From Vicugna vicugna (taxonomy: Eukaryota), in the NCBI GenBank assembly GCA_013265495.1, contig MU058844.1:7005260-7069259 (forward strand): DNA of 64,000 nt, in the 5' to 3' direction. Of this stretch, positions 14,040 through 28,100 are shown one piece after another; within the stretch, counting starts at the first letter, position 1, and each line of letters opens with the position of its first letter. The notes under the pieces were generated by a model. That model did not search any database and had not been told where the DNA came from. It worked only from the letters and a program-made list of their open reading frames with translations. Position numbers and translations under genes: made by a program.

Positions 14040-15110
14040 TCCAATATTGTGGTGCCAGCATATAAAAATGGGTTATTATAAGTTAGCCTTTTATCCTATG
14101 AGCTTACTAAATTGATTTAACAGTTCTAATCATTTTGGTAACTTCCTTAGGATTGTCTATATGAAGAATCTTGTCATCTACAAATAGAGATAGTTTTATT
14201 TCTTGCCATCTAGTCTTCACTTCAATTTTTTCTTTATCTTCTGCACTGGTTATTACATCCGGGAAATGTTGAGAAGTAGTCAAAGCAGCATTCTTTCCTA
14301 TTTTCCTGATCTTAGAGGAAACTTGTCTGTTTTACCTTTAATATGTTAGTAGTGTGGTTCTATAGACGCCCTTTATCAGACTGAAAAAAATTCCCTTCTG
14401 TTAGTTTCTGAGAATTTTCATCATTAATAAATATTTAATCTACTCATAGATTTTTCTTCATCACATCAAAGCCATCATAATGTAAGTCTTTTTCCATTGT
14501 CTTTTTCCTTAAATGTGGGTCAAAATCTCCTGTTTTTTGTATTCCAAATAATTTTTTACAGTGTATTCTGTACACTGTGAATGCTATATATTATAAAGAC
14601 TCTAAATTCTGCTTTGTTTTGTATTTTTTCTTCTGAAGAGTGTTGACTTTGGTTTGTTTATCTTAGCAGGCAATCACTTGGCCCTACCCAAACTGAAAAC
14701 TTCATCTCTTGGGTGGAAGCTTAAATCTTAATTCAGGTGTTTTTTTGTTTGTTTGTTTGTTTGTTTTTAATTTTCATAAAGAGTCCAGTACATTTGTTAT
14801 TCAGAAGTCAGCCAGTTATTTGGGAAGAATTTTTATACAGTATATGAGGTTCCCAACCTATGCTTCTCTCTTTTTTAGCAATTTAAACCTTATTTTCCAG
14901 CAAATATGGATACACTCTGCCTCTGATTCTTTAGGCTAGAAAGATTGAAGGTTTTCTTTTAGGGTGTTTTCCCTCACCCAATGCACTGACTTAGCCAGCC
15001 CTCAGGCCAAGGAACTGTGTAACTGTATCTATGACACTCCCTACTTTCAGGTATTGACTTGCCTTCAGAATCTTCCTGCCTTTGGATAGTTGCTGTAAGT
15101 TTGGGTGTGT
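14040..15110 (-). mobile_element. Old L1 pieces (ORF2 part plus 5'/HAL1-like part)
   Basis: tcttgtcatctacaaatagagatagttttatttctt, cctgatcttagagga, gccctttatcagactga are antisense L1 ORF2; 14480-15110 resembles old L1M/HAL1 5' sequence (less certain). Confidence 0.65.
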
Positions 15111-15116
15111 GCATTT

Positions 15117-15118
<2 letters not shown>

Positions 15119-15154
<36 letters not shown>
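15119..15154. repeat. Poly(T) tract, 36 nt
   Basis: Uninterrupted T run. Confidence 0.95.
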
Positions 15155-15157
<3 letters not shown>

Positions 15158-15399
15158 ACATTGCTTGATCTGATAGGAACTCCTTAACTAGATAATAAGC
15201 AAAATCTGTATCTTTTTACTTTTAACCTGAGTTTTAAAATTTCAAGTAAATTTTGTGTGGACAGCTCTCAGTCTTTGAAGGTCTGGAACTACATTTATTT
15301 TCTTCAAACTCTTGCTTAACAAACTAGCAGGATATTTCATGGATTTAGATAGTTATTTCTCCAACTACAATCTGAAAATATGACAAAATTTTAACTGGC

Positions 15400-17487
15400 A
15401 TATCTTAATATGTAGATGATATGATCCAATATATAGAAAAATCCCAAAGAGTCTACCAAAAACCTATGGGGACTGGTAAAGTCAACAGAGTTGCAGGGTA
15501 CAAGACCAATACACAAAAATAAATTGTGTTTCTATATACCAGTAATTATCAATTTAAAAAAAAAGAAATTAAGAAAGCAATTCTATGTACAGTAGCATCC
15601 AAAGAATAAAATATCTAGAATTAAATTTAATCAAATATGTGTAAAAGTTGTATACTTAAAACTTTAAAACAATGCTGAAAGAAACCAAAGACTTAAGTAA
15701 AATTGAAAAACATTATGTATCCATGGATTGGATGAATTGATATTATTGAGATGGCAAAACCACCCAAAGTGATCTACAGATTCAGTGCAACCCTTACAAA
15801 AATTCACAATGGCCTATTTTGCAGATATGGAAAAGTAGGTTCTAAAATTTATATGGAATTGCAGGGTACCCAAAATTACCAAAATCATACTGAAAAAGAA
15901 CAAAGATGGAAGCCTCACAGTTCCTGATTTCAAAACTTGCTATAAAACTACTGTAATAAAAAGTTTGATATTAGCATAATGATTAGGTATTTAAACCAAT
16001 GGAGTAGGATTGAAAGTCCTAAAATAAACTCATATACCGATGGCCCTATAATGTTGAACAAGTTGCCAAGACCATTCAATAGGGCAAGAATACTCTCTCT
16101 AATAAATAATAATGGACTGACTGGATATAGACTAGCAAAAGAATGATGTTGGACCTCCTACTTCACATTATATACAAAAGTCAACTCAAAATGTATCAAT
16201 ACTTAAACTGAAGAGCTATTCTTCTATTCTGTATAAACTCTTAGAAGAAAACATGCAGTAAATCTTCAGATCTTGAAGATGAATCCACAGCAATGGATTT
16301 TTAGATATGGCACCAGAAGTACAAGCACCAAGAGAAAAATAGATAAATTACAGTTCATCAGAATTAAATGCTCTGTGCATCAAAGGATATCATCAACACA
16401 GTGAAAAGTTAACTTTCAGCATAGAAGAAACTATTTGCAAGTCATATATCTGATAAGGGTTTACTATCTGGAATACGTAAAGAACACTTACAACTCCACA
16501 ACAAACAGACAAGTCAATTTGTTGAAAGAGAGAGAGAGAAAGAATCAGTAGTTTTGTCTCTGGAGGAGAGTGATTTCTCTTAAGGGTAAGAGAATATAAA
16601 TCAAAAACTTAAAAAAAGGTCAGTAAATGACTTGAACAGACATTTTTGCAAAGAAGATATATGAGTGTCCAACAAACACATGAAAAGATGACATTGTCAG
16701 TCATTATGGAAATGCAAATCAAAATCAAAATGAGGTACTACTTCACACCCAATAGGGTGGCTCTAATGATTTTAAGAATAAAAAAAAGAATATTAATAAG
16801 AATAAAGATAAGAAAGAAGAGGGAAAGAACAAGTGTTAGTGAGGATGTGAAAAAGTTAGAATCCCCATACATTTCTCAGGGGAATAGAAAATCATGCAGC
16901 ACTTGAAAGCAGTTTAGCGGTTCCTCAAAAAAATTAAACACAATTGCTACTTGACCTAGTAATCCCACTCCTAGATACAGATGCAGAATAACTGAAAAGA
17001 AACAAGTACTTATACAAGAATGTTCATAATAGCACTATCCACAACAGTCAACATGGATACAACCCAAATATTCATCATGAATGGATAAATAGAATGTGAT
17101 GTGTACATTCTTATTTGGTCATTAAATGAAATGAAGTACTGACACATACTGGAATTGTGACTAAATCTCAGAAGTTATGTGAAAAAGAAAAGCCAGACAC
17201 AAAAAGTTCACGTACTATATAATTCCATATATATGAAATAGCCAGAATAGGCAAATCCATAGAGACAAAAAGCAGATGAGTGGTTGTCAGGGAAGTGAAT
17301 GAGAGGTGGGAATTGGAGAGGGGATGAGGAGTGACTACTGAATGGGTACAAAGTTTTATTTTGGGATGATGAAAATGTTTTGGAACTAGATAGAGGCGGT
17401 GGTTGCACAGTGTCATGAATGTACTAAATAGCACAGAATTGTACACCTTCAATGGTTAATTTTGTGTTTTGTGAATTTCACCTAAAA
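15400..17487 (+). mobile_element. L1MB-type LINE, 5'-truncated (RT through 3' UTR), decayed
   Basis: tatgtagatgatatgatc (YVDDMI, the L1 RT FADDM motif) near 15408; collinear ORF2 remnants; L1MB-type 3' UTR ggcaaatccatagagaca...ttttgggatgatgaaaatgttttggaactagatagagg. Confidence 0.9.
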
Positions 17488-17504
17488 TTTATACTGAATT
17501 ACTA

Positions 17505-18135
17505 GTTTTTACCTATCAGATTGGCAAAAATCCAAGTTTTACCTTATGTTCTGATGGGAAGACTGTGGGGAAACAGGTGCTTTCATACATTGCTAATAGG
17601 GATGCAGAATAGTATAGATTTCATTTAGGGGGATTTGGCAATAGGTAGCAAAATTACATGAGCATTTACCCTTTGACTTAGCATCCCACTTCTAAGAATA
17701 GATACAGAAGTAAAAAGACTGTATGAAGTGTGCACAAGGCTATTCAGTGGAACTCTTTGTAATAGCAAAAGAATAGAAACAGGGTAAATATCTATCAATA
17801 GATAAGTCAGGGTTTATCTGCATAATGGACGGCTGTTTGTGTGTAAAAAGGCTGATACACTGCTTTGGAGAAATGGCTGAGGTGGGTTGTTCCATGAAAA
17901 AAGCAAGAAAAATGACCAAAATAGGCAAATCTATAGAGATAAAAGTAGAGTAATGGTTGCCTATGGCTGGGATAAGGGGAAATGGAAGATGGGGAGATTA
18001 CGGTTTTTGATAATAAAAATATCCTAAAATTTAGTGGTGATGAATGTACAACTCTGAAAAATTTTTTTAATTGGTGAATTTTGGTAAATGGGTGACTTTT
18101 GTACTATGTGAATTATATCTCAACAAAATTGTTGC
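17505..18135 (+). mobile_element. Old L1 3' fragments (L1ME-like then L1MB-like)
   Basis: acctatcagattggcaaaaat...atttaccctttgact; aggcaaatctatagaga...gtgaattatatctcaacaaa. Confidence 0.75.
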
Positions 18136-20631
18136 AGGAAAAGAGAGTAAGTGATAGATTTGGCATGTGAACCCTAAACACTGTCAGATTACATATACTC
18201 ACTGACTGAGCTATAGTAAATAGTTGAGAGTCAGCAACTCAGATTAATAGAGATTTTCAGAAAATATTGCAATTTGGATGGACCTCCAAAAATGGGAGCA
18301 GTGTGGGGAGGAAGTGGTTTCAAGTCTAGGATAAATTAACACAAACTGTAGGAAAATGATTTTTGAAATAAAGCAAGAAGTGCTTCCTCATGTAGAAGAT
18401 GGAGAATCGAACTATTGGACGTAAAATGGGTCTAGAGAGGTATTTTAAAGCTCTTTCTTACCTGATGAAAAAATATTGCAGACTGGTTCACGAAGGGACA
18501 GAAGAGCCAATGAAAAAATAGCAACCAAAAGTATAAGTAAGCCGAACTGGCATCTGATCTTGCTAGGATTGGTTATAGATGATTCATAAGAAAAATTCTG
18601 TTAGAATTCCACAAGAGAACATTGCAAATAGAATTATGAGGTACTTAGGAAAGATCTAGGCTTGCTGGCCATCTTTTTTTTGTTTATTCACATCTGATTC
18701 TTTACTGTCAGCTAGGAATTCCTGTAAAATTGGTTATTTCTGTACTTTTCATAATCAACAAATTAGAGGAAAATGAGAAAAGTGAGGTGAAAACCAGTGG
18801 CACAGAAAGTTATGGTAAAAGGAAAGAGTAAACCAAATTCTTGGGGGCTGCAAGATGTCAGATGAAGATATAAGTAGACACAGCATAGTTGCTTATAAAT
18901 TAGCCAACAAGGATGACTTTGCAGTGATTTAAAGTAATTATAGAGTCACATCATCACCTTAAAATCACTTTAATAGTCACCTTATTTGTCACCTGTCAAA
19001 ACAAGTTTTTAAAAAGAATAGCTTTCATGTGAAATATTCCAGAGTAAATTCAAGGACATTCAATCCTTAATTATATTTTTATGAGTGATGGACACATGAA
19101 TAAAATGAGCTCTATAGACAATTTGATTTATTTTTTATAGTATATGCTGATGATTATTTGTGAGGCTAATTTTATGATCAAAATTTACTTATGCACTTTA
19201 CTATTTCAGAAACTAGATAATAAATGCACAGAGAAGTGACTCACCTTTTAATCTGGCAAATTAGATTTCTTAATTTTAAGAGATTTATATCAGGGACTTC
19301 CCAACATACGTTTATAAAGGGCATCCAATACTGACAGGGTGACCTGGTGTAGAAAGAATGATCATTCCTTTTTTTTTTTAATTCCCTTGACCAATATGCA
19401 ATTCAGTCCATTTAAAAACAAAGGGGAAAGCTTCTTTGAATGATAAACATTTCATAGGAGATTGTGATTGCACATCATAGGGAATATGAGTTTTCTCATT
19501 TCCTCACCGTACTTCCTCCTCAAAACATTTTTGGATGCTTCCCAAGTGTTATTTCATATACTTCAGTCCAAGGTGTAATAGGTTATTATACTTCCTTGTT
19601 GATTTTAACTCCAAAATGCGGACTCAGGATTAAACTTTACTGCTACTATAGTTTCTTTTGGCATGTATCTTCTTTTCAAATGTTACCCAAATGGAACAAA
19701 AATGTTCCCTAACAATTCACAGGAGAAAAAAACTATTTTTGATGGTTTGCTTAATCTTTTAAAATTTGTTCTTATTTTTACTACTGTATAGATAATCTAA
19801 AAGCTATATTTTAAATCTGATGAAAGAAATCCCACATGCCAGAGACCAAGAGATTTACTTATTTAATTTGTGGTGGTTGAAAATTATAATTGGAAGGTCA
19901 TGATATTGTAATTACTTTTGATAAACAGTATATTGTATTGTTATTGTTGTTATTGTTATTACGTTATTGCAGTTTAAGAAAATTGTCTCAGCATTTTGCT
20001 TTTTCCGGTAAAAGATTGTCTTGGTGGGTTTCTCTATACCAAGCCATGAGCTACGTAATGTTTATATTTCACTTGATACATAATCATCATTAGTATTCTA
20101 GCTGAAGAGCATTCATACATTAGTCTGTTTTAACCCTAATCAGCAGCATGCAATTTATATCTGGAATCTTAAGTTCAAATATGTCTCACAATTAAAACAT
20201 CTCTATGGTTTTATTTTTTAATCTTTTTCATGAGAAATGTATCTCTCACTAACTTTATTCTTCAGAATAGATTTTCAAAACTAAATTGTGTTAAAATACA
20301 TTTCTACTAGGTCTTTAAGTGCTGACATTTCTTCCATTTTCATTTTCTAAATATTTGTTGTGTATTCACTCTGTGTGGTTATTACTCTAAGTATGTAAAG
20401 TTTTAGTTGACATCTGAAAGAAGAGTAAAAGAGAGGTGTTAATAAAGTGAATAGATGAAGGTTCCTATATTCTAGGAAATGTGGAAAGCTCCAAGGTAAA
20501 CTGGGAGAGTGCTAGCTACAGATCACTGAAAGAAAGTTGATATCATCATTTCGAGCTAAGACTTAGAGTGACATTATCTCAAGGTATCTTACAGTGACTT
20601 TATCAATGTCTCAGTGCTAACCAGATGAAAG

Positions 20632-21358
20632 TATTGTTGGCAGGAATGAAAACTGGTGCAGCCACTATGGAAAGCAGTATAGAGGTACCTCAAATAACTA
20701 AAAATAGAACTACCATATGACCCAACAATTCCACTCCTGGGTATATATATCTGGAAAAAAAATGAGAACACTAATTCAAAAAGATATATGTACCCTAATG
20801 TTCATAGCAGCACTATTTACAATAGCCAAGATATGGAAGCAACCCAAGTGCCCATCAACAGATTAATGGATAAAGAAGAAATGGTAAATACATATTATGG
20901 AATACTACTCAGCCATGCAAAAAATGAAATTCTGCCATTTGCAGGAACGTGGGTGGACCTAGAAATTATGCTAAGTGAAATAAGTCAGACAATGAGAAAT
21001 ACTGTATGTCACTTATGTGAAAAATCTAAAAAAAAAATACAAATTAATGTATATAGAAAATAGCAACAGACTCACAGACTTTCTGTATCTATAGAAAACA
21101 AACTGGTGGTCACCAGCGGGGAGAGGGAAGTGAGGAGGGACATGTTTAGGAGTATGAGATTTAAGAGATATAAACTACTATATGTAAAACAGATAAGAAA
21201 CAAATATATATTGCATAGCATAGGGAATTATAGTCATTATCTTATAATAACTTTAAATGGAGTATAAACTAGAAAAACATAGAATCAGTGTGCTGAACAC
21301 CTGAAACTAATAAGATATTGTAAATCAACTATACGTCAATAAACATAACAACAAAAAA
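20632..21358 (+). mobile_element. Younger artiodactyl-type L1 3' end
   Basis: Well-preserved ggtgcagccactatggaaagcagtatagagg, gaactaccatatgacccaacaattccactcctgggtatata; 3' UTR ending tgtaaatcaactatacgtcaataaa and A-rich tail. Confidence 0.92.
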
Positions 21359-22779
21359 CTGGTCTGTCTGATGTTAAATCTCCTGATGATATAGTTAAAT
21401 CCAAAATCTTAATCACAATATGGAAGAATTGTCATGACCTGGCCCCAGCCTCCCTTTCAATCTAATTTTCCATTCTATCATATTATATAACTGACAATAT
21501 GTTAAAATCTTTGAAGTCATAAACCAAATCTTATTTATCTTTCTGTCTCCCTCAGGACCTGGCAAAATGTTTTGCTCTAGTAGGAACTCAATGAATATTT
21601 ATTAAATTTTTATTAAAATTTCCATTGCCATGAAGTGTAGTTTCAACTGTAAAAAAATAAAATAAAATAAAGTAGATACTACTTATCATACAGAAGAGCA
21701 GAACAGTTTTTGTGTCATTTTAGTTGTTAATTTGTTTTGTGAATAAAAAACAACTTAACCCAAATTCTATAATAAATAAATATTCTGTGACAACTGTTGC
21801 ATAACACAGAGCAGTTAGTTTTCAGCAAAGGTTTAATTAATCCCTTAGCAGAACAATTATGGTGTCGAATATCAAAAGCTATTTGAAATATTTTAAGTTT
21901 TTGTTTTCATTAACACATAATTTATGTCATTTTGCTCTGCTTTACATAGTTTATAAAAAGGCTTAAATGTTAAATATTTTGGAACATGGTGATCTATGAA
22001 TACATAAAACAGTAATTAAGGTTTTTTTAATCTCAGAAATTCATCATTATTGTGTGAAACTCTGTCATTTGCCTTATGTAGTCAATTTATAATGAGAAAT
22101 TGTCACAGGAATTAATAGACTGATAAATTCACTTTACAAATATACTAACAAATTATATTACTAAATAAAAAACAGATTTCCTAATTATAAAATACAATCG
22201 TGATATTTTTTGAGATACATTCTTTAGTAAAGTTTCTAATGAAATTCTAAAGCCAGATGGTTGGTATTTTTATCATTATGGGATGACTTACATTCTTGTT
22301 CTGTGGTTTTTGTTTTATTATTCTCTGTGTTGTGTCCCCAGTGAATTTATTTCTTCTAACCAATTATCTAACTCTCAGCCCACTTCACTTAGGGAGAAAT
22401 CTGTGGCAAAGCTTAAGACAACAACTTTGAAGTTTTGCTTCAGCGTGAGTTTTTATTACTCCTCTGCTGGTGGAGCCAGTGGAGTGGGGTTCCTGAGTGA
22501 TGTTATGCTAACTAACATTAAATGAATTCCTTACTTAACTCCACAGTTATCTTTTGAGGAAAGAATTCTTTCTGTCCCTATTTAATATGAAGAAAGTGGC
22601 ATTCTTCTGGTCACACAGCAGTAAAAAGTACTGGACCTTATTCCTCCTATAATTTTCAGGTCCATGTAGTTGGAATCTTTTGAGTAGCCATTAAGTTCTG
22701 TTATTTCTAAGAGAGGTAGACCCAGTAGTTGTGTTTTTAGGTTGAGCAAGCTGAAAGGATTTCTTACACTCCCATTTTC

Positions 22780-22945
22780 TATCTCTGTGAGCTTGAGAAA
22801 TTTGTGTAACCTTCAGTTTCATTCTCTATAAAATGTGGATAATAATAGCACTTATCATTTGAGGTTACTGAGATAGATAAATACCGTAAAGTGTGGAAAC
22901 CATATTGCCCCATGTGTGGCACTGAATCACTTTTACTGTTATTAT
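22780..22945 (+). mobile_element. MIR
   Basis: ttcagtttcattctctataaaatgtggataataatagcac core. Confidence 0.7.
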
Positions 22946-24684
22946 TCTTAATGGCAGAAACACTGAAACTAGAAACCTATCAGGGTTTGAGGCTCTTTCC
23001 CAACAGCCTGTGTTTAGGTGAGTTACCTCTAATCAGTGATATGTGTAATTAGAATAAATCCACTACCCCTAAGAATTTGTATAAAGATTTTAAACTGTTA
23101 AGGTATATAATACTCCTAGGATGGTGTTTGACATATTGTTAGGTCTTAACATATATTAGTTTCTTACTCTTCAGTGGGTGAACTACCTTGGCTACAGTCT
23201 TAATATATGGGGAATGGAACCATTGTAAGATGCAGGGACCACCAACTGAGTTTTAAAATCTTTATGAGTTTTTAAATCTGTATGGAACACTTTCAGTAAC
23301 AGTATGTGGATTGCGAGAGATATGTAAGGTGCCAAGTTGCAAGTGTGTGATTTATGTGGCTTTTCAGATTAATATGTTATAAAGGAACTTGGCTACTAAC
23401 ATGCCAATTCTGCTTTTAAAAGTTTAACAGCATTACATAATGAAATGAGAAACTGTGTTTTTAATGTGTAATAATGCAAATTTCACAACCTTTTGAAATA
23501 TAGCTTTTTAAATTAATTTTAGCCAGAGAAAATACTTAACATATATATACTTTTTAAGTAATATTAAAACATATTAATAACTATCTACTAAACTGGCCTC
23601 AATTAAACTATAGTTATGTTAAACAACTTTAATATTAAATATGAAATTTATTTTTTTGTCTCTGGAAAAGCCCTATTAATTGCCAAGTGAGATAAGTGAA
23701 AATACAGCATATAAGTAAGCATTTATGTGATCAGCCACACTAAAATCAATTTTGGTGGTCAATTATAAAAATCTGGGCAATAAAAATCAAACATTATATA
23801 GTTTTATAGAAAGATTTTTAAATTATTATTTATATAAAATGGATTACTAAATTCTTTCTATCATTTAAAGATATCATTGAACAGAAATTTATATTTTATT
23901 ATTTTAACTCTAAGTTTCATATTAGTCCATTGAATCATATTCAGAGATCTGAGTCTTTGTAAATTTCTAGAAAATAACCCAGGTAGTCTAGATTATGAAT
24001 ATCCTGTGTCTGAACAGTGGGATTCCAACATACATATCTTTAACTGAAGTTAGCTATATACAACCACTTGCTTACATCCATATTTTTAAACTCTTAGAAT
24101 TTGTATTATGTTCTGCTACATATTACAAGTCAGTTTATATATCATTTATATAGAATGTCACTTAACATTTTAGATTTTTATGCTTTAAGGGTAATTTATA
24201 AAATTATGAAGGGATATTTTTATCTTATGTGCCTTACATATTTGTTTTGTAATCTAACTTATAAGCAAAATGAGGCACCTCTGGATTGGAATTCAACATT
24301 TGTGTAAAATAATATAATTTTTGATCAACATTTTACTCAGTGTCCTACACTACAGAAAATATATGAAAAAAATTCCAGTAATATAAGAAAAAGTAACAAT
24401 AATAGTTTTTAGATATTTGAGTTTTTTTAAATTAATTTTTGGCTTTGGTTTCAAAAGTACCAAACCAGAAGCTTTTTAGGCATTTTCAAACTAATAGCAA
24501 GTTGATTTAATATTATTAATTTCTCACTGACAGAGTTAACTAATTATGCTTTGTCTATAAATTCAAGCACCATGGAAGCAGCTAAAATAAATGTTCATAA
24601 ATATTCTAAAATCAAATATAAAATTTAAAATAATATTTAAAGAAATTGTATCCCATAACAGTTCAAAATATTTCTGTTGAGTAT

Positions 24685-25115
24685 AATTAATTCAGTTATT
24701 CAACACAAAAGAGCAATATATACCAATAATTTTCTAGACAATGGAGCTACAACAATGAGCAAAAAAAATTATTGTCCATAGGAGCTTTTATTTAGTGGGA
24801 AAATTAGGCAAAAAACAAGGTAAATGGCTAACATTATGGTATGAAAAATGGTGATGTGTACTAAAGATAAAAATAAGAGGAGTTTTATAAGGAGGTTAAG
24901 GAATTGTATAAAAGAAAATACTGTTTTTGCAAAATTAAATACAATAGTCAGGAAAGATTTCATTGAAAAGTGGCATTTTATCAAAGATTAGAAGGTGGAC
25001 AGGGAGTAGGTCATGCAGGTCTATGAAGAAAGAACATTTTAGGCAGAAAAAAAAGAATTACAAACGACCTGAGGCATAGAACAGCTAGGAGGTCAGAGTG
25101 AGCAAAGAGAATAGT
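24685..25115 (-). mobile_element. L2 3' region (left part, split by ERV)
   Basis: ttcagttattcaacac; tagtcaggaaagatttcattgaaaagtggcatttta; gaaagaacattttaggcaga. Confidence 0.75.
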
Positions 25116-28100
25116 TGTAGACAGCAGACAACAAGACAACAGGTCCAAAATGGAGTTGCCTTTGCTAAGCCCTGTGCTACCAAATCATACCAGTCCTTAG
25201 CCCTTGGTTCGTCTGGTTCCAGTGTATGGCTTAAATGATTAGCTTGAGCTGGCAGATGGTTTTACCTGGAACCTGAGTCCCTAACCCTTGGTTAGTCTAC
25301 AGTTGTGATTTGCTCTGCTGGTTCAGTCCATAGTACCCCTTTGGGAACTTCTGGTTTTGTTGATGCAGCACATAAGACTGTCTCTTGGTTAGTTTGCAAT
25401 ACCATTTCTTTGGTTACTGCTAGTGTTCACTGTTTTGTTTCCTTAGTTGCTATTGGTTTCTGCTACTGTGCCCATGATGTAAAGGGATAACAGATCTAAT
25501 ATTAATGGGAATTTCAGAAGCTAAAGCCACACAGTTGGTGGGCAAGAATCAAACACTTAACAGCTGTTAGAGCACTCATCACCTAACTCCAACACTCCTG
25601 TGCTAGTATAAGTTGGTCATAGAAGAGGTTAGAGCAATACTAGGTTATCTGCCAGTCTCAAGAAAATTTTCATATAACAAAATACACCATAAAGCACCAT
25701 AAAATCCCCATCCCAGTGGCACATCCTCTCAAATATTTATTTAGGCCAAGAGCTTCAAAGCTTGGCTGAAGAATGGGATTCTCATGTTTCAGAGAATTGT
25801 GTGTGCCACTTTCCAGCACACCTGCTTATTTATTATAAGAATTGTGGTACTGGAAGCTGTAGGTGTCTGCAAAAATGGCAAAATCTTACTAAGACAACCT
25901 AGAATTATGATGGTCATTATGGAGTGCTTTTCAGTTAGATAAGATGGTTTATTTAAGAAATACACTTGAAACCAAGAGTTTCTATGTCAAACAAACAGAA
26001 TGTGATACCTATTTCAGTTGGTATGCAGAAGCCTCTAAAATGTTCCAAGATTCCAAAATAGCTTCACTGAAAAATTCATTGCAAAAGGCAATAAAAATTA
26101 CAGACGTAAGAGGTACCTAAATCAAAAGACTATAAGATGGACATGACTCCTATTATTCTCTTCCATCCTCTTTCCCCTCCTTTTCTCAGGTACTCAGTCT
26201 ACTAACCCTTTATCTGAATTGCTTTTCCACCCTGAAGAGACAGTAAGACCATAATAAAAGTTCATCAAATTAGTGGAGCAACAGCTCCAAGACCAGAAAC
26301 CTAAAAAAAAACACACCTGGGCCTCCACTGTTGTACCATCCTAGGAGTAGATCATCAGAATACTAGCCCAAAATCAGTGTCTCATTTGTAATCAGCTGGG
26401 ATACTAGGAATGTGATTGTCCTCAGAGGTTTTGCCAAATTCTTCCACATCAGTTCAAATGCCCCTTTATCTACTGTAGAAGGAGGACCTCCATTTTGGCT
26501 CCTACTAGGATTGATAAGACTCCAAGGGATTCTCTGGTAAACTGCTACCAGTTACTACCTTAAATAGCCAAAGAGAAACTAAAATTTAATTAGTGGAAAA
26601 TTTTCCCAAATTCTGGTAGGTATTGGGCTACATTCTCTGCTTTAAACACCACTCACTACGGAGCCTGCAGATGGGGTCCTGCGGAAACTAGCAGAAACCA
26701 GCTAAGGGTAAGAAGTCCTATGAAAGTTAAGTCTCTCAGATCCATGTAATGCCTAGCCAAGAGAGGAAAATAAAGTTTAATGTTATCCTTTCCTTGCCAA
26801 ATTCAGCCCCTTATAAATTTGGTTTTGTGGTACCCTTTGGTTATTGAGTCTTTCTCCCCCCAGAAACAGTTGTTGCTTTCTTATTTGTCTTATTTTGTGT
26901 CCTGAGAACTTAGCTTGGCAACCTTCAGGCTGGGGCCCCCAAGATGTGCCCATACAGAAATGTGAGTTGCACTCCATCTGTGGTTATATTTGGCCAGACA
27001 TATATGTGGGTTACACCCCATTTGTAGCAGTTGGTTATCTGTGGGAGAGGCTCTGGATCTCAGGAGGGTAGTATCTTTTTTGCTCTCTTTGGGGATATTC
27101 TCTTATGTCCAAGGGGCTGTACAGTACTACCAGGAATATTTACTGTTTGTCCTGTTGGAACCTGACTAAATATTTGTAAAAGGTTTGTTTTTTTTTTAAT
27201 TAAAAAAAATTTTCTAAGTGTCTTTATGGTCACAAGTTGGCCAAACTGAAAGCTGATTTTGGAGTCTGATAGGAGCTATTTTTAAGGCCTTCTCCCTTAA
27301 GCTCAATGAAACTATATACCCAGAGTGAATGAAAAACATTCCAAAGACAAATAGCTCAAAATCAAGATCATAGAAATCTTTTGAGTTTCATTTTAGTTGG
27401 AGTTCTTCTCCATGATGTAAAGAAGCAAACTGAAGATAATATAGCTGGATGAGTAAGTCAGCCCATTGATATCATTACAAATTAAGTCTTTACAACAACA
27501 GAAATTAAGCTTTAGAACCAATTCATAGACTATCTATCCTTTTTATTTTTATCACCTATACAACTCAAAAGGCTTGTAGATATTATAAAATATTTGGACT
27601 TAGGGAACAAAAGTCCTTCTTGGTGGAACTTAAATGTTTTTCTCTGCCTTTTGAGATGTAGAGGTCCTACCTTGTCTTCCCTAGGAACCACAATAACTCT
27701 CACCAGAAGAAAAAAAATAAAAGAACGGCTATTTACAAACCAGGCCTATGAAATCTTTTCCATAAATATTACTAAAAAGCTTTATCCATTTTAAAAGGTC
27801 AACAACTTATTCTGCCTGCCACAAATATGATTTGGATCAATTGTCCTTTAATTGACTAAAGAGTTTTTACATTATGGTACCTGTCTCATGGCTACAATTT
27901 TAAAATGAAAGCATAAGATCTCTGTTTGTGTCTGTATGTCTATCTATTATATACGTATATTATAGATGTGTTTTTTCTACCAGCAGTTGGTACTGCCAAA
28001 TTTAATTTGTAAAGAGCTCTATTTAATTGACTTAAAGTAAATAGGTATTTGTATAACTCAAGTGTAGTCTCAGAAAGCAAAACAACGAACCCAAATGTTT

